A stretch of 64,000 nucleotides of DNA from Halorubrum sp. (GCA_028275105.1 JAQCNI010000008.1:764-64763); one strand, 5' to 3'; positions 17,667 through 28,311 are shown, counted from the first letter of the stretch. Notes: generated by a model not told the origin, from the letters alone. Program-made: numbers and translations.

Positions 17667-19456
17667 TGACGGGCGCGCTGACCGGAGCGATGACGGCGGT
17701 CCCGCCGGGGATCGTCCTGCTGGCGGTCGCGGCCCTCGTCGCGTTCCTTCCCCGGCGGGCCGGACACGCGCTCGGCGTCGTCGCCGCCGGCGTAACGGTC
17801 GCGTGGGCGTTGGCGGTTCCGGCCGGGGTACACGTCCGAGCGGCGTTCCTCGGCTTCGAGGCCGTCCTGCTCTACGTCGACGAGTTCTCGCGGCTGATGG
17901 GGCTGATATTCGGGATCATCGGCGTCGTCGCCGTACTGTACTCGTACGCGAGCGAGGCCGAGGGGATCCAGACCGCCTTCGCGCTCTCGTACGTCGCGAC
18001 GAGCTTCGGCGCGGTGTTCGCGGGCGACTGGCTCACCCTGCTGTTCTTCTGGGAGCTGATGGCCGTCACCAGCACGCTGTTGGTGTGGCACTACCGCGGG
18101 GCGGCGATCCGGGCCGGGTTCCGGTACGCTCTGCTCCACGGGCTCGGCGGCACGCTGTTCATGGCGGCGATCCTCGCGAACTACGTTGACGCGGGAACGT
18201 TCCTGTTCGCGTCGGTGCCGGGCGGCGCGGAGACCGCGGGGATCGCCGCCGGGTTGCCGGCCGCGCTCGCGGCGATCGGGATCGGCGTCAACGTGGGATT
18301 CATCGGGCTCCACGCGTGGCTCCCCGACACCTACCCGCGTCCCCACATCGCCGCGAGCGTCTTCCTCTGTGTGTTCACGACCAAGACCGGCGTTTACGGA
18401 ATGTACCGGGCGTTCCCGGACGGCCACGTCGCCATCGCGTACATGGGCGGCGGGATGGCCGTCTTCGGGGCGACGTTCGCGCTGTTCCAGAACGACATGC
18501 GACGGCTGCTCTCGTATCACATCCAGTCGCAGGTCGGGTACATGGTCGCGGGCGTCGGCATCGGGACGACGCTCTCGCAGGCCGGCGCGTTCGCCCATGT
18601 GTTCAACCACATCCTCTACAAGGGGCTTCTGTTCATGACCGCCGGCGTTGTGATCTACCGGACCGGCGAGGAGAGTTTGAAGAAGCTCGGCGGGCTCGCC
18701 CGCGAGATGCCGGTCACCGCCGGCGCGTTCACGGTCGCCGCGCTCTCGATCGCCGGATTCCCCGGATTCAACGGGTTCGTCAGCAAGGGGATCGTGATCT
18801 CGGCCAGCCACTACGACTTCGCGAACGGCCCGCTCGCGTTCGGCGGCCGGACGACCCTCGAGTGGCTACTCATGATCGGCGGCGTCGGCACGTTCATGTC
18901 GTTCATCAAGTTCGGGTACTACGCCTTCCTTCACGGGCCCGCGGAGCGGACGGTCGCCGACGCCAACCCCGGACAGAGCGTCGCGATGGTCGCCGTCGCC
19001 GCGCTCTGTGTCGTCTACGGGGTGTACGACGCCGCGCTGTTCACCATCCTCCCGTTCGACGTGACGACCGAAACCGTGGTCTCACACGCGTACGTCACCT
19101 ACACGCCCACCCACGTCGTGGAGGGGCTGGCGCTCGCCGCCGCCGGCCTGATCGGGTTCCTCGTCGTCAAGCGACCGCTCTCGAAGCTGGGGCGGGTCCC
19201 CGACGTCGACTCGCTGTACAACCCGGCGGTGTTCTACGGGACCCGCGGGCTCGTGGTCGGCGCCACGGAGCTGTACGCCGCGGTCGACCGGCTCATCGTC
19301 CGGCTCACACGCCTGACGGTTCAAGCGGTGCGGGACCCACAGGACGTCGTCCGACGCGTCGGTGCCGACGTCGAGATCCGAGCCGGAATCGGCCGGAGCG
19401 TGCTCGTGTTGACGCTCGCGGCGGCCGTCGCGATGCTCGTTCTCCTCGGGGCGTGA
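17666..19456 (+). CDS. Mrp subunit D/A-like proton-conducting membrane protein, copy 3
   Basis: GLHAWLPDTYPRPH and SYHIQSQVGYM. Its ATG overlaps the stop of the preceding gene. Confidence 0.85.
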   Translation: MTGALTGAMTAVPPGIVLLAVAALVAFLPRRAGHALGVVAAGVTVAWALAVPAGVHVRAAFLGFEAVLLYVDEFSRLMGLIFGIIGVVAVLYSYASEAEGIQTAFALSYVATSFGAVFAGDWLTLLFFWELMAVTSTLLVWHYRGAAIRAGFRYALLHGLGGTLFMAAILANYVDAGTFLFASVPGGAETAGIAAGLPAALAAIGIGVNVGFIGLHAWLPDTYPRPHIAASVFLCVFTTKTGVYGMYRAFPDGHVAIAYMGGGMAVFGATFALFQNDMRRLLSYHIQSQVGYMVAGVGIGTTLSQAGAFAHVFNHILYKGLLFMTAGVVIYRTGEESLKKLGGLAREMPVTAGAFTVAALSIAGFPGFNGFVSKGIVISASHYDFANGPLAFGGRTTLEWLLMIGGVGTFMSFIKFGYYAFLHGPAERTVADANPGQSVAMVAVAALCVVYGVYDAALFTILPFDVTTETVVSHAYVTYTPTHVVEGLALAAAGLIGFLVVKRPLSKLGRVPDVDSLYNPAVFYGTRGLVVGATELYAAVDRLIVRLTRLTVQAVRDPQDVVRRVGADVEIRAGIGRSVLVLTLAAAVAMLVLLGA

Positions 19457-19544
19457 TCGGGTAGTAGGGTCGTCTTCCGGGGGTCCGAAGTTCGTGCTGC
19501 GCTGCCGGTTCCCGCCGGCTTGGTGTACACTCCGCGGTCGCGAC

Positions 19545-19898
19545 TCAGTACTCCTCGTACGCGAGGTTCATCAGCCACTGGGAGAAGGCGTCCGACTGCG
19601 GGTCGATCTCCTCCTCGCCGATGAATGGCGACAGCATGTCACCCGCCATCAACAACGAGAACTTCAACTCGCGGGGGGCCGGCTCGAGGTAGTAGGTGTT
19701 GTGCCCCTTGTACACCGCGTCCTCCCGGCGGATGAGACCGGCCTCCTGTAACGCCTCCGCGATGCGGCTCCCCTTCCGTGAGGAGACGTCGAGCTCCTTC
19801 CAGAAGTCGCTCTGGTGGATCCCGCCGGTGTCGCGGATGAGTTCGAGGCCGGCGCGCTCGTCGGCCGACAGCTCGGACTCGGGCTCGGAAACGCTCAT
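19545..19898 (-). CDS. Small winged-helix DNA-binding protein (hypothetical)
   Basis: 117 aa, acidic. GIHQSDFWKELDVSSRKGSRIAEALQEAGLIRRE looks like a wHTH. Confidence 0.5.
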   Translation of the reverse strand: MSVSEPESELSADERAGLELIRDTGGIHQSDFWKELDVSSRKGSRIAEALQEAGLIRREDAVYKGHNTYYLEPAPRELKFSLLMAGDMLSPFIGEEEIDPQSDAFSQWLMNLAYEEY

Positions 19899-19984
19899 AT
19901 CAGTAACCCGCCCGCGACTCGCTTAAAACTGGCTTTCCGTGCCGTCGGCGGTTCGGGAGTCGTCGCTCGCCGCTTCCGATCCGA

Positions 19985-20773
19985 TCACTCGGCAGGATCC
20001 CGTCGAGGATCGTCGACCGCGAACCCGTCCGGAACGGAAACCGGCTCCGACGGCGTCTCACACGGGGGCCCGTCGGCGAAGGCGACGGCGGGATCGGGGC
20101 CGGTCCGGATCCGCGTGAACGACCGGGTGCCGAACCCGTCGCCGTGGCGGCACGCTCCGTACTCGTGGTCCGCGAGGACGTCGCTCGCGCGGTCGAGCCA
20201 GCCTCTCCCCGACTCGCCCGGCTCCGGAACGACGGCGGCCGCGACCCGTCTCGCGCTGTCAGCGATCTCCGCGCCGTCCGAACCGAGTCCCGTCGGGATC
20301 GCAAACCGCTCCCGCCCGTTGAGCACGCCGCCGACGTTGCCGACGACGTGGACGCCCGGATTAAGTCGCGTAATCGACGGCACCCCGTCGTACGAGATCA
20401 CGAACGCCGCGACGGGATCGGCAAGGAGGAGGGAGAACCCGTCGTACGTGCGGTCGGCGACCTCGCGCTCGACCGTCCGGACCGCGGCCTCCGCGGAGTG
20501 CTCACGGAGACAGTCGTCGACGAGCAGTCCCCGGGACCGTTCCCCCTCCCAATCGGCGTCGAGCGGGCGGTTCGTGATCGCGGCGACGAGGCCGGTTTCG
20601 GTCAGGCCGATCCACGTCCCGCCCGCCTCGACGTCGCGCGGCGCGAGATGGCAGTTCGGTCCCTCGCGAATCGCCGGGGGTTCCGACCCGCGGTCCGGCG
20701 ACTCATCGCGGGTGGCGGCGAGCGCGACCGGCGTTCGAGCGAAGGCCCGCCAGGCCAGCGTGAGGGTACACAC
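19985..20773 (-). CDS. NRDE-family (TANGO2/DUF833-like) protein
   Basis: A GTG at 20773 gives the family-typical N-terminus MCTLTLAW, followed by an AATRDE motif. Confidence 0.7.
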   Translation of the reverse strand: MCTLTLAWRAFARTPVALAATRDESPDRGSEPPAIREGPNCHLAPRDVEAGGTWIGLTETGLVAAITNRPLDADWEGERSRGLLVDDCLREHSAEAAVRTVEREVADRTYDGFSLLLADPVAAFVISYDGVPSITRLNPGVHVVGNVGGVLNGRERFAIPTGLGSDGAEIADSARRVAAAVVPEPGESGRGWLDRASDVLADHEYGACRHGDGFGTRSFTRIRTGPDPAVAFADGPPCETPSEPVSVPDGFAVDDPRRDPAE

Positions 20774-20880
20774 GCGCAGCAAGTTCGTGCGCTCGAGTGA
20801 AAAATCCGCCGTCGTCCGCCGACGAATAGTTTACTCGCGATAAAAGAAATCTTTTGATGGCCCGGCCCCTCGGCCCGAAT

Positions 20881-21951
20881 ATGAAGGCCATCGCCGTGTA
20901 CGAGGACGGGGACGAACCGGTCCTGATGGAAAAACCCCGACCGGAGCCGAGCGGGGGGGAAGCGCTGATCCGGACGCTCCGCGTCGGCGTCGACGGGACC
21001 GATCACGAGGTGATCGCCGGCGAGCACGGCGGGACGCCGGAGGGGGAGGACCACATCGTTCTCGGTCACGAGGCGATAGGCGTCGTCGAGGACCCCAACG
21101 ACACGCCGTTCGAGGTCGGCGATCTAGTCGTTCCGACGGTCCGCCGGCCGCCGAACGGCGCAAACGAGTACTTCGCGCGGGGGGAGCCGGACATGGCCCC
21201 GAGCGGCCGCTACCACGAGCGGGGCATCGAGGGCGACCACGGATTCATGTCGGAGTACTTCACGAGCCCGGCGGAGTACCTCGTTCCGGTCCCCCGCGAG
21301 CTCGTCGAACTGGGGTTCCTCGTCGAGCCGGCGTCGATCGCGGAGAAGGCGATCGAACACACGGTCGCGAGTCGCTCGGCATTCCACTGGGAGCCCGAGT
21401 CCGCGGTCGTGTTGGGGAACGGGTCGCTCGGGCTGCTCACCCTCGCGATCCTCGGCGACACCTTCGACCGACGGTACTGTCTCGGTCGTCGGGACCGCCC
21501 GGACCCCACGATCGACGTGATCGAGTCGCTCGGGGCGACGTACATCAACTCCAACGAAACGCCCGTCTCCGGGATCCCGGCGGCGTACGAGGCGGTCGAC
21601 TTCGTCTTCGAGGCGACCGGGCACGCCCCACACGCGTTCGAGTGTATCGAGGCGCTCGCGCCGAACGGCGCCGCGGCCCTGCTCGGCGTTCCCGGCGACT
21701 GGACGTTCGAGATCGATGGCGGGAAACTCCACCGGGAGCTCGTGCTCCACAACAAGGCACTCGTCGGGAGCGTCAACTCCGGGTACGACCACTTCGAGGC
21801 GGCCGTCGAGTCGCTCTCGCGGCTTCCGCGGGGGTACCTCGACGACCTCGTCACCGGCGTCTACCCGGTCGAGGAGTTCGAGGCCGCCTTCGTCGATGAC
21901 GACACGACTATTAAAACGGCGGTCGAATTCGGGAGATATGAAGAGCGTTGA
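20881..21951 (+). CDS. gdh: Glucose 1-dehydrogenase (zinc-dependent MDR family)
   Basis: MKAIAV...EKPRPEPSGGEALIRTLRVGVDGTDHEVIAGEHGG.PEGEDH.VLGHEA.GVV..PND...GD.VVPTVRRPP closely follows the haloarchaeal GDH sequence as I recall it. Confidence 0.9.
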   Translation: MKAIAVYEDGDEPVLMEKPRPEPSGGEALIRTLRVGVDGTDHEVIAGEHGGTPEGEDHIVLGHEAIGVVEDPNDTPFEVGDLVVPTVRRPPNGANEYFARGEPDMAPSGRYHERGIEGDHGFMSEYFTSPAEYLVPVPRELVELGFLVEPASIAEKAIEHTVASRSAFHWEPESAVVLGNGSLGLLTLAILGDTFDRRYCLGRRDRPDPTIDVIESLGATYINSNETPVSGIPAAYEAVDFVFEATGHAPHAFECIEALAPNGAAALLGVPGDWTFEIDGGKLHRELVLHNKALVGSVNSGYDHFEAAVESLSRLPRGYLDDLVTGVYPVEEFEAAFVDDDTTIKTAVEFGRYEER

Positions 21952-22570
21952 CGACCTGATCGACAGCGCGGCAGAGCTCGCCGGCCACGGCCTCTCGAAG
22001 GGGGAGATCGCCGACGAACTGAACGTCTCCCGGGAGACCGCAAGCTGGCTCGTCGAGCGAGCCGGCGGAAATGACGCCGGCGGCGGCACGGACGGGACCG
22101 GGTCGACCGCGGACATCCACGTCGACTGGTCCGCGATCGGCCGCGACTCAGCCCGGCTGGCGTACGCCGCGAGGTCGATGGCGGACCTGCTCGTGAAGGA
22201 AGGTGAGGCGGTCGACCTCACCGTCGGCATCGAGAAGGCCGGCGCGCCGCTCGCGACCGCGGTCGCCAACGAGCTCGACACGGACCTCGGGACGTACGCG
22301 CCCGCAAAACACCAGTGGGACGAGGGGGACATCGCCGACCACGGCGGCGGGTTCTCGCGGAACTTCGCGGCCATCCGCGACCGCGACTGCTACGTCGTCG
22401 ACGACATCATCACCTCGGGGACGACGATGCGCGAGTCGATCGACGCCATTCGCGAGCACGGCGGCAACCCGGTCGCCTGCGTCGTGCTCGTGGACAAGGT
22501 CGGCTACGACGACATCGACGGCGTCCCCGTGTACTCGCTCATCGACGTCGTCAGCGTCGACCACGAGTAG
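21938..22570 (+). CDS. gfcR: PyrE-like (phosphoribosyltransferase-domain) transcriptional regulator, GfcR type
   Basis: An N-terminal HTH (GLSKGEIADELNVSRETASWLVERA) plus a PRTase loop (CYVVDDIITSGTTM). ATG 21938 overlaps the gdh end. Confidence 0.75.
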   Translation: MKSVDDLIDSAAELAGHGLSKGEIADELNVSRETASWLVERAGGNDAGGGTDGTGSTADIHVDWSAIGRDSARLAYAARSMADLLVKEGEAVDLTVGIEKAGAPLATAVANELDTDLGTYAPAKHQWDEGDIADHGGGFSRNFAAIRDRDCYVVDDIITSGTTMRESIDAIREHGGNPVACVVLVDKVGYDDIDGVPVYSLIDVVSVDHE

Positions 22571-22661
22571 TCGGCGTTCACCACGGGCTGGACCGCAGGA
22601 AAGTCCGCCGGGGATCCGGTTCGTCGGAACCCATTTGAATCGGCGTCGTCTATGGTGGAGT

Positions 22662-23006
22662 ATGACGTTTCAGCCCGAAAGTGACATGAGCCCCGAGGCG
22701 GTGTCCGAGCGGGTCGACGCGGCAATCACCGACAACGACGTGGTGCTCTTCATGAAGGGGAACCGGCTGATGCCCCAGTGTGGGTACTCGAAGCGCGCGA
22801 TCGAGCTGATCGGCCAGCACGTCGAGGAGTTCGAGACGGTCGACGTCCTTCCGGCCCTCCCGGAGTTCCGTGACGCGCTCTCGGACCACAGCGAGTGGGA
22901 GACGATCCCACAGACGTACGTTGACGGGGAGTTCGTCGGCGGCAGCGACGTGCTCGCGGAACTCGACGAACGAGGAGAGCTGGCGGCCGAACTCGGCGCC
23001 GAGTGA
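22662..23006 (+). CDS. Monothiol glutaredoxin (Grx4 type)
   Basis: VVLFMKGNRLMPQCGYSKRA (CGYS active site) and TIPQTYVDGEFVGGSD. Confidence 0.85.
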   Translation: MTFQPESDMSPEAVSERVDAAITDNDVVLFMKGNRLMPQCGYSKRAIELIGQHVEEFETVDVLPALPEFRDALSDHSEWETIPQTYVDGEFVGGSDVLAELDERGELAAELGAE

Positions 23007-23137
23007 ACCGTGTGATCGACGATCCCGTCCCTAGAAAAGCAGGCCATATAAACCCACGTCCCGTACGGACCGTAGGTGCTGTCGTTCCCGTCGGCGACAC
23101 GAGGAGCGCTTCGATCCACCATCCACCCCAGTAAACA

Positions 23138-23707
23138 ATGACAGGCCGCGTGTTCCGACTCCATTCGACGCTCGAACTGCCACTCGAAGACGTAGAGACG
23201 TACTTCGATGAAGCCCCGGATCTCCCCACCGAGATCGACGACATCGACATTACGCGTCGAAACAACACACTCATCATCAAGGCCCTGTCCGACGACGAGA
23301 GCATCAGCAAGTACACCCCGACCGCCCAGCTCAAGGCGTCCGTCACGGAGACGCGCGTTTGGGAGGAGGAGCCGCCCCGGGCCGGCGGCCCGCAGTGGAT
23401 GGACGACGAAGAGGAGGAGATCCCCTCCGAACTCGTCGAGTTCGCCTGCTTCAAGGGTGACCGTGAGACGGTGCTTCAGAACACCGCGATCCAGTACCCG
23501 ATGTTCCTCGTCCTGCGCGAGCTGGCGACGCGCGCCGAGAAGGGAACGCTAACCGCGATCACCGAGGCCGACGGCGAGCTCGAGGCGACCCGCATCGTCG
23601 AGGGCGAGCCGCGTCCCGCGAGCATCGAGGTCGTCGAGAGCCCGCAAGGGGCCGGCGACGGCGACGGCGGCGTGAACTGGCGCGACAACGAGTTCATTTC
23701 CGATTAA
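23138..23707 (+). CDS. Acidic hypothetical protein
   Basis: 189-aa ORF with haloarchaeal acidic composition and no competing gene on the other strand. No family recognised. Confidence 0.5.
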   Translation: MTGRVFRLHSTLELPLEDVETYFDEAPDLPTEIDDIDITRRNNTLIIKALSDDESISKYTPTAQLKASVTETRVWEEEPPRAGGPQWMDDEEEEIPSELVEFACFKGDRETVLQNTAIQYPMFLVLRELATRAEKGTLTAITEADGELEATRIVEGEPRPASIEVVESPQGAGDGDGGVNWRDNEFISD

Positions 23708-23896
23708 GGCCGTCGCTGCCGCGGACCGTCGCCGTCGGTGCCCGCGCGGCATGATCCGTGTTTCGTCCGCCGCTTCCTCCCGCGTCTCGTTTCGCCGTTT
23801 TTCCTCGTTCTTGCGTCCCCACCTTTTGTCGCTTCCGCGTTCCCGTTCTCACGTCAGTTCCCGCGATGTTTTAACCCGGTCCGTCCTACGCCCGGT

Positions 23897-24619
23897 ATGA
23901 CCGGGGACTGGGTCAGCCTCTTTTCGGGCGGCAAGGACTCGTCGTGGGCGCTGTACCGGGCGCTCGAAACGGGACTCGACGTTTCGCGACTGCTGACCGT
24001 CCATCCTGACGGCGACTCGTACATGTATCACACGCCCGCAACGCACCTTGCGGGCCTCGCCGCCGAGAGCATCGGGGTCGAGCGATACGACGTGGAACCG
24101 GACGCGTTCGGGGCCGCCGACGTCGACGACGCGGGCGAACAGGGGGACGCCGAACTGGAGCCGATGGAGGCCGCGCTCCGGGAGTTGGCCGCAAGCGACG
24201 GCTTCGACCTGGCTGGCGTCACTGCGGGGGCGGTCGAAAGCGAGTTCCAGACGAACCGGATCCGCGGGATGTGCGACCGGCTCGGGATCGACCTGTTCGC
24301 CCCCCTGTGGGGTGAAGACCCCGTCGCGCTCGCGGAGTCCATGTTCGACGCCGGCTTCGAGGTTCGGATCGTTCAGGTGGCCGCCTACGGGCTCGACGAG
24401 TCCTGGCTCGGACGACGGTACGACCTCGACGCGCTCGCCGACCTCCTCGACCTCCGCGAGGAGTACGGGGTTCACCCGCTCGGCGAGGGTGGCGAGTTCG
24501 AGACGGTCGTCGTCGACGGGCCGCACATGAGCCGGCGGGTCGACCTGACCTACGGGACGGTGTGGGAGGGGGACCGCGGTCACATCGAGGTGACGGACGC
24601 GAAACTGGTCGAGCAGTGA
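23897..24619 (+). CDS. dph6: Diphthine-ammonia ligase (Dph6 / MJ0570-family ATP pyrophosphatase)
   Basis: SLFSGGKDSSWAL PP-loop and EGGEFETVVVDGP. ATG at 23897. Confidence 0.8.
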   Translation: MTGDWVSLFSGGKDSSWALYRALETGLDVSRLLTVHPDGDSYMYHTPATHLAGLAAESIGVERYDVEPDAFGAADVDDAGEQGDAELEPMEAALRELAASDGFDLAGVTAGAVESEFQTNRIRGMCDRLGIDLFAPLWGEDPVALAESMFDAGFEVRIVQVAAYGLDESWLGRRYDLDALADLLDLREEYGVHPLGEGGEFETVVVDGPHMSRRVDLTYGTVWEGDRGHIEVTDAKLVEQ

Positions 24620-24708
24620 ACGGAAGCGGCGGCGGTTCGGCCGCAAGTCCGCCTACCTCCGTCCCAAGTGTATATGATTTTTTATTACCTGACTCCTACG
24701 TACGGGAT

Positions 24709-25179
24709 ATGGAGTTCGATCGGTACCGCGAGACGGTTGCCACGAACCGGCGGAAACACGGCTTCGACGACGTCAAGGGAACCGAAGCCGGGGTTGACGA
24801 GCTGTGGAGCACGCGGGACGAGGACTCGACGGTCGGACGGGTGTCGCTTTTCGCGACCGTCGTTGACGGGAGCGACCACGATGCGTCTGACGTCGTCGCG
24901 GACGCCGACCGGTTCCGCGACGTCATCGGCGGCCGGATCGACGACCATCGGGAGTCGACGACCCCGATCGGCTACATCACATTCGTGGTTCCGGATCCGT
25001 CGGACGACGTCGTCTCGGCGGCGACCTCGTACACGGTCGCCGAACGCCGAACGAACGTGTTCCCGCTGGTGTATGCCGGTGACGACGGAACGCTCCACAC
25101 CCACCCGGTACCGCGGCTGAAGGGGCGCGGGATCTACCGCCGACAGGAGGGCGACGCCGAGCGACTGTTCGACGTCTGA
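24709..25179 (+). CDS. Hypothetical protein
   Basis: ATG at 24709 preceded by an AT-rich stretch (tatatgattttttatta). 156 aa, acidic. Confidence 0.5.
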   Translation: MEFDRYRETVATNRRKHGFDDVKGTEAGVDELWSTRDEDSTVGRVSLFATVVDGSDHDASDVVADADRFRDVIGGRIDDHRESTTPIGYITFVVPDPSDDVVSAATSYTVAERRTNVFPLVYAGDDGTLHTHPVPRLKGRGIYRRQEGDAERLFDV

Positions 25180-25254
25180 CCGAGGTCAGCCTCGATCCGC
25201 TCGATTCGCCTGCTTTGTCCGATCCGCTCGATTCATCCGGTCCGTTCGATCGTA

Positions 25255-26508
25255 TCAGGGCCAGTTGCCGCCCTGTTCGTAGGCGTCGGCGACCCGTTCG
25301 ATCGCGACGACGTACGCGGCGGTCCGAAGGTTCGGGAGATCGTTCGCCTCGTACGTCTCGATTATCCCCTCGAAGGCGTCGGTGATGATCCGTTCGAGCT
25401 CCTCGTTGACGCGCTCTTCGGTCCAGTGGAACCGCTGCCGGTTCTGAACCCACTCGAAGTACGACACCGTCACGCCCCCCGCGTTCGCGAACACGTCGGG
25501 GACGACCGTTACGCCACGCTCGGTGAGCACGTCGTCGGCGTCGGGCGTGAGCGGGCCGTTCGCCGCCTCGGCGATGACGTCCGCGTCCACGTCGGTCGCG
25601 AGGTCGGCGTCGACGGCGTTCTCGAGGGCCGCCGGCACGAGGAGGTCGACGTCCAACGTTAACAGCTCGTCGTTCGTGATCGACTCGGCGTCGCCGTACC
25701 CCGAGACGGCGCCGGTTTCGGTCTTGTGCGCCTTGACCGCGCGGGTGTCGAACCCGGACCCGTCGTGGATCCCGCCGCTGGAGTCGGAGACGGCGACGAC
25801 GTCCGCACCGAGGTCCTCGAGGAGCGCGGCCGCGACCGACCCCGCGTTCCCGTACCCCTGAACGGCGACGGTCGCGCCCTCGATCTCGCGGCCGAGCCAA
25901 TCGAACGTCTCGCGCGCGGCAAGAGTCGTCGATCGCCCGGTCGCCTCGACGCGCCCCGCACTCCCGCCGGAGTCGATGGCCTTCCCGGTTATCACGCCGG
26001 GAGCCGTCGTGTTCTCCAGCGTCTCATAGGTGTCTTTGATCCAGTTCATCTCCCGTTGACCCGTGTTCACGTCGGGCGCGGGGATGTCACGGTCCTCGCC
26101 GATTATCGGGCGGAGTTCGGTCGCGAACGCGCGGGTAAGCCCCTCCAGTTCGGCCGGGGAGTGATCGGCGGGGTCGACCGCGATTCCGCCCTTCCCGCCG
26201 CCGTACGGGATGTCGACGATGGCGCACTTGTACACCATCCAGCCCGAAAGCGCCTTCACCTCGTCACGGGTGACGCCCGGGTGATACCGGATACCACCCT
26301 TGTACGGTCCCCTGTCCCCGTTGAACTGCGAACGATACGCACGAACCGTCTTCAAGGATCCGTCGTCGCGCTCGAACGTCAGGTTCGTCTCCAACACCCG
26401 TTCCGGGGACTTCAACCGGTCGATGACCCCATCGTCGATGTCGAGATACACCGCGGCGTCGTCTATCTGCTCTTGGAGGCTCTCGAACGGATTCGCTTCC
26501 TCGCTCAT
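25255..26508 (-). CDS. gdhA: Glutamate dehydrogenase
   Basis: [11 protein letters not shown] and IPYGGGKGG signatures plus a GYGNAGS Rossmann motif. Confidence 0.9.
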   Translation of the reverse strand: MSEEANPFESLQEQIDDAAVYLDIDDGVIDRLKSPERVLETNLTFERDDGSLKTVRAYRSQFNGDRGPYKGGIRYHPGVTRDEVKALSGWMVYKCAIVDIPYGGGKGGIAVDPADHSPAELEGLTRAFATELRPIIGEDRDIPAPDVNTGQREMNWIKDTYETLENTTAPGVITGKAIDSGGSAGRVEATGRSTTLAARETFDWLGREIEGATVAVQGYGNAGSVAAALLEDLGADVVAVSDSSGGIHDGSGFDTRAVKAHKTETGAVSGYGDAESITNDELLTLDVDLLVPAALENAVDADLATDVDADVIAEAANGPLTPDADDVLTERGVTVVPDVFANAGGVTVSYFEWVQNRQRFHWTEERVNEELERIITDAFEGIIETYEANDLPNLRTAAYVVAIERVADAYEQGGNWP

Positions 26509-26657
26509 AGCGACCGTTTTCGAGCGCACAAGTTAACGGTACCGACTGTCGGGTGGGACGCGTTCACCGCCCGCCGGCTGGATACGGGCCCTGGGCCTCC
26601 GGGGTCGGCGTTCGGGCATCGACTCCCCCTGATCTCCCACCGGACGAGTCCCGGTTA

Positions 26658-27221
26658 TCAGTCGTCCGCGAGCAGTAGACCGAGGTAGGAGGTCCGGACC
26701 TGTTCCGTGGGGTCGAGCCCCAGCGCCTCGAGCGCCGTCGCCGCCGCCTCGCGGGTCGCGTCGATCCGGTCGGGGTCGTCGATGGCCCGCTCGATTTCGA
26801 CGAACTCGCCGACGCCGTCGACGACGTCAAGAGTCACCGTGAACCCGTCGAACGTCCAGCGTTCGCGGCGTTTCTCGACGGTCGCCGCCGGTTCAAATCC
26901 GAGCCCCGAGAGGATTCCCTCGGCCGCGTCGGAGTCGCCCACGCCCGTCTCGTGTTCCGTCCGCGTCTTCGAGTCGTCGTCGATGAGCGGCCCCTTATAC
27001 GTGAGCCGCGTTTCCGCGGCGGGGTCGGGATCCGCTTCCGAACCCGGGTCCGTCTCGTGTCGGATCCGGAGCGCCTCGTCCGTCTCGGCGAAATTTCGGT
27101 GGGGCGCGTCGTAGTAGACGTCGCGCTGCCGCCGCATTCCCGTTCGTTCGGCATCGGCGTCGCGGAGCCGGTCCCGGACCGCGTCGATGTCGGCCGGGAC
27201 CTTGATCTCGACCTCGTACAT
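26658..27221 (-). CDS. CYTH-domain protein (class IV adenylate cyclase / triphosphatase, CyaB-like)
   Basis: An MYEVEIKV start (ExExK motif) and EFVEIE near the C-terminus. Confidence 0.8.
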   Translation of the reverse strand: MYEVEIKVPADIDAVRDRLRDADAERTGMRRQRDVYYDAPHRNFAETDEALRIRHETDPGSEADPDPAAETRLTYKGPLIDDDSKTRTEHETGVGDSDAAEGILSGLGFEPAATVEKRRERWTFDGFTVTLDVVDGVGEFVEIERAIDDPDRIDATREAAATALEALGLDPTEQVRTSYLGLLLADD

Positions 27222-27357
27222 ACTCGCGAGTCGTCGGGACGGCCCAAAAGTCGACGGGTCCGAGCGTGGGGGCCGCTCGACGATGTCGCTGATGCGATAC
27301 CGGCCGGACCCTCGGACGAACCGTGCGCCTTAAGAGTGTAACGGGTGATACTTAGCT

Positions 27358-28311
27358 ATGAGCGATCAGGAGCAGGCGGACGCGGCCGAGACCGACGACG
27401 GGGGCGACGCCGGCGGCGAGGTCGAAGCCGACCCCGAAACTGAATCCGATGGACTCGCCGACGGCGACTTCGTTCGCCTCGCGTACACCATCCGGACGGC
27501 GGACGACGACCGCGTCATCGACACGACCGACGAGGAGATCGCGGCCGATTCGCAGATCGACACCGACGAGTACGAGTTCGAGCCGCGGATCGTCGCGATC
27601 GGTGCCGGCCACGTGTTCCCGTCCGTCGAGGAGGCCCTGACCGGCGCGTCAGTCGGCGACGAGGGGACCGTCGACGTCCCCGCCGACGAAGCGTTCGGCG
27701 AGTACGACGCCGAGGAGGTCGAGACCGTCAAGGCCGACAAGATCCCCGAGGACGACCGCTACCCCGGCGCACAGATCCAGATCGACAACCAGCAGGGGTA
27801 TCTCGAAACGATCATCGGCGGCCGCGCCCGGGTCGACTTCAACCACCCGCTCGCGGGCGAGGACCTCGAGTACGAGTACGAGGTGCTCGAAGTCATCGAG
27901 GACCGCGAGGAGAAGGCGTCCGGAATGCTCGGGATGCACCTTCAGGAGGCCCCCAAGGTCCGGATCGAGACGGTCACCGAGTCGGAGGAGACCGTCACCG
28001 AGGACGACGAGGGCGAGGAAGTCGTCGAAACTGAGGCGGTCGAGAAGGACGTCCTCTACGTGACGGCAACCCAAGCGATGCAGATGAACCAGCAGTGGAT
28101 GTTCCAGAAACAGCAGATCGCCCAGGACCTCATGGGCCGGCTTGATCTCGGCCGCGTCGTCGTCGAGGAGGTCATCGAGGGGGGCGGCATGGGCGGCCTC
28201 GGCGGCATGATGGGCGGCATGGGTGGCGCCGACGCCGGTGACATCGAGGAGGCCCTCGAGGACGTCGACGTCGACACCGACGAGATCGTCGACGAACTGG
28301 ACGAGGAGTAA
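27358..28311 (+). CDS. FKBP-type peptidyl-prolyl cis-trans isomerase (long archaeal type)
   Basis: FVRLAYT...FEPRIVAIGAGHVFPSVEEAL.G...G...V..P.EAFGEYD, with NHPLAGEDLEYEYEVLEV and an acidic/Gly-Met-rich tail. Confidence 0.85.
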   Translation: MSDQEQADAAETDDGGDAGGEVEADPETESDGLADGDFVRLAYTIRTADDDRVIDTTDEEIAADSQIDTDEYEFEPRIVAIGAGHVFPSVEEALTGASVGDEGTVDVPADEAFGEYDAEEVETVKADKIPEDDRYPGAQIQIDNQQGYLETIIGGRARVDFNHPLAGEDLEYEYEVLEVIEDREEKASGMLGMHLQEAPKVRIETVTESEETVTEDDEGEEVVETEAVEKDVLYVTATQAMQMNQQWMFQKQQIAQDLMGRLDLGRVVVEEVIEGGGMGGLGGMMGGMGGADAGDIEEALEDVDVDTDEIVDELDEE

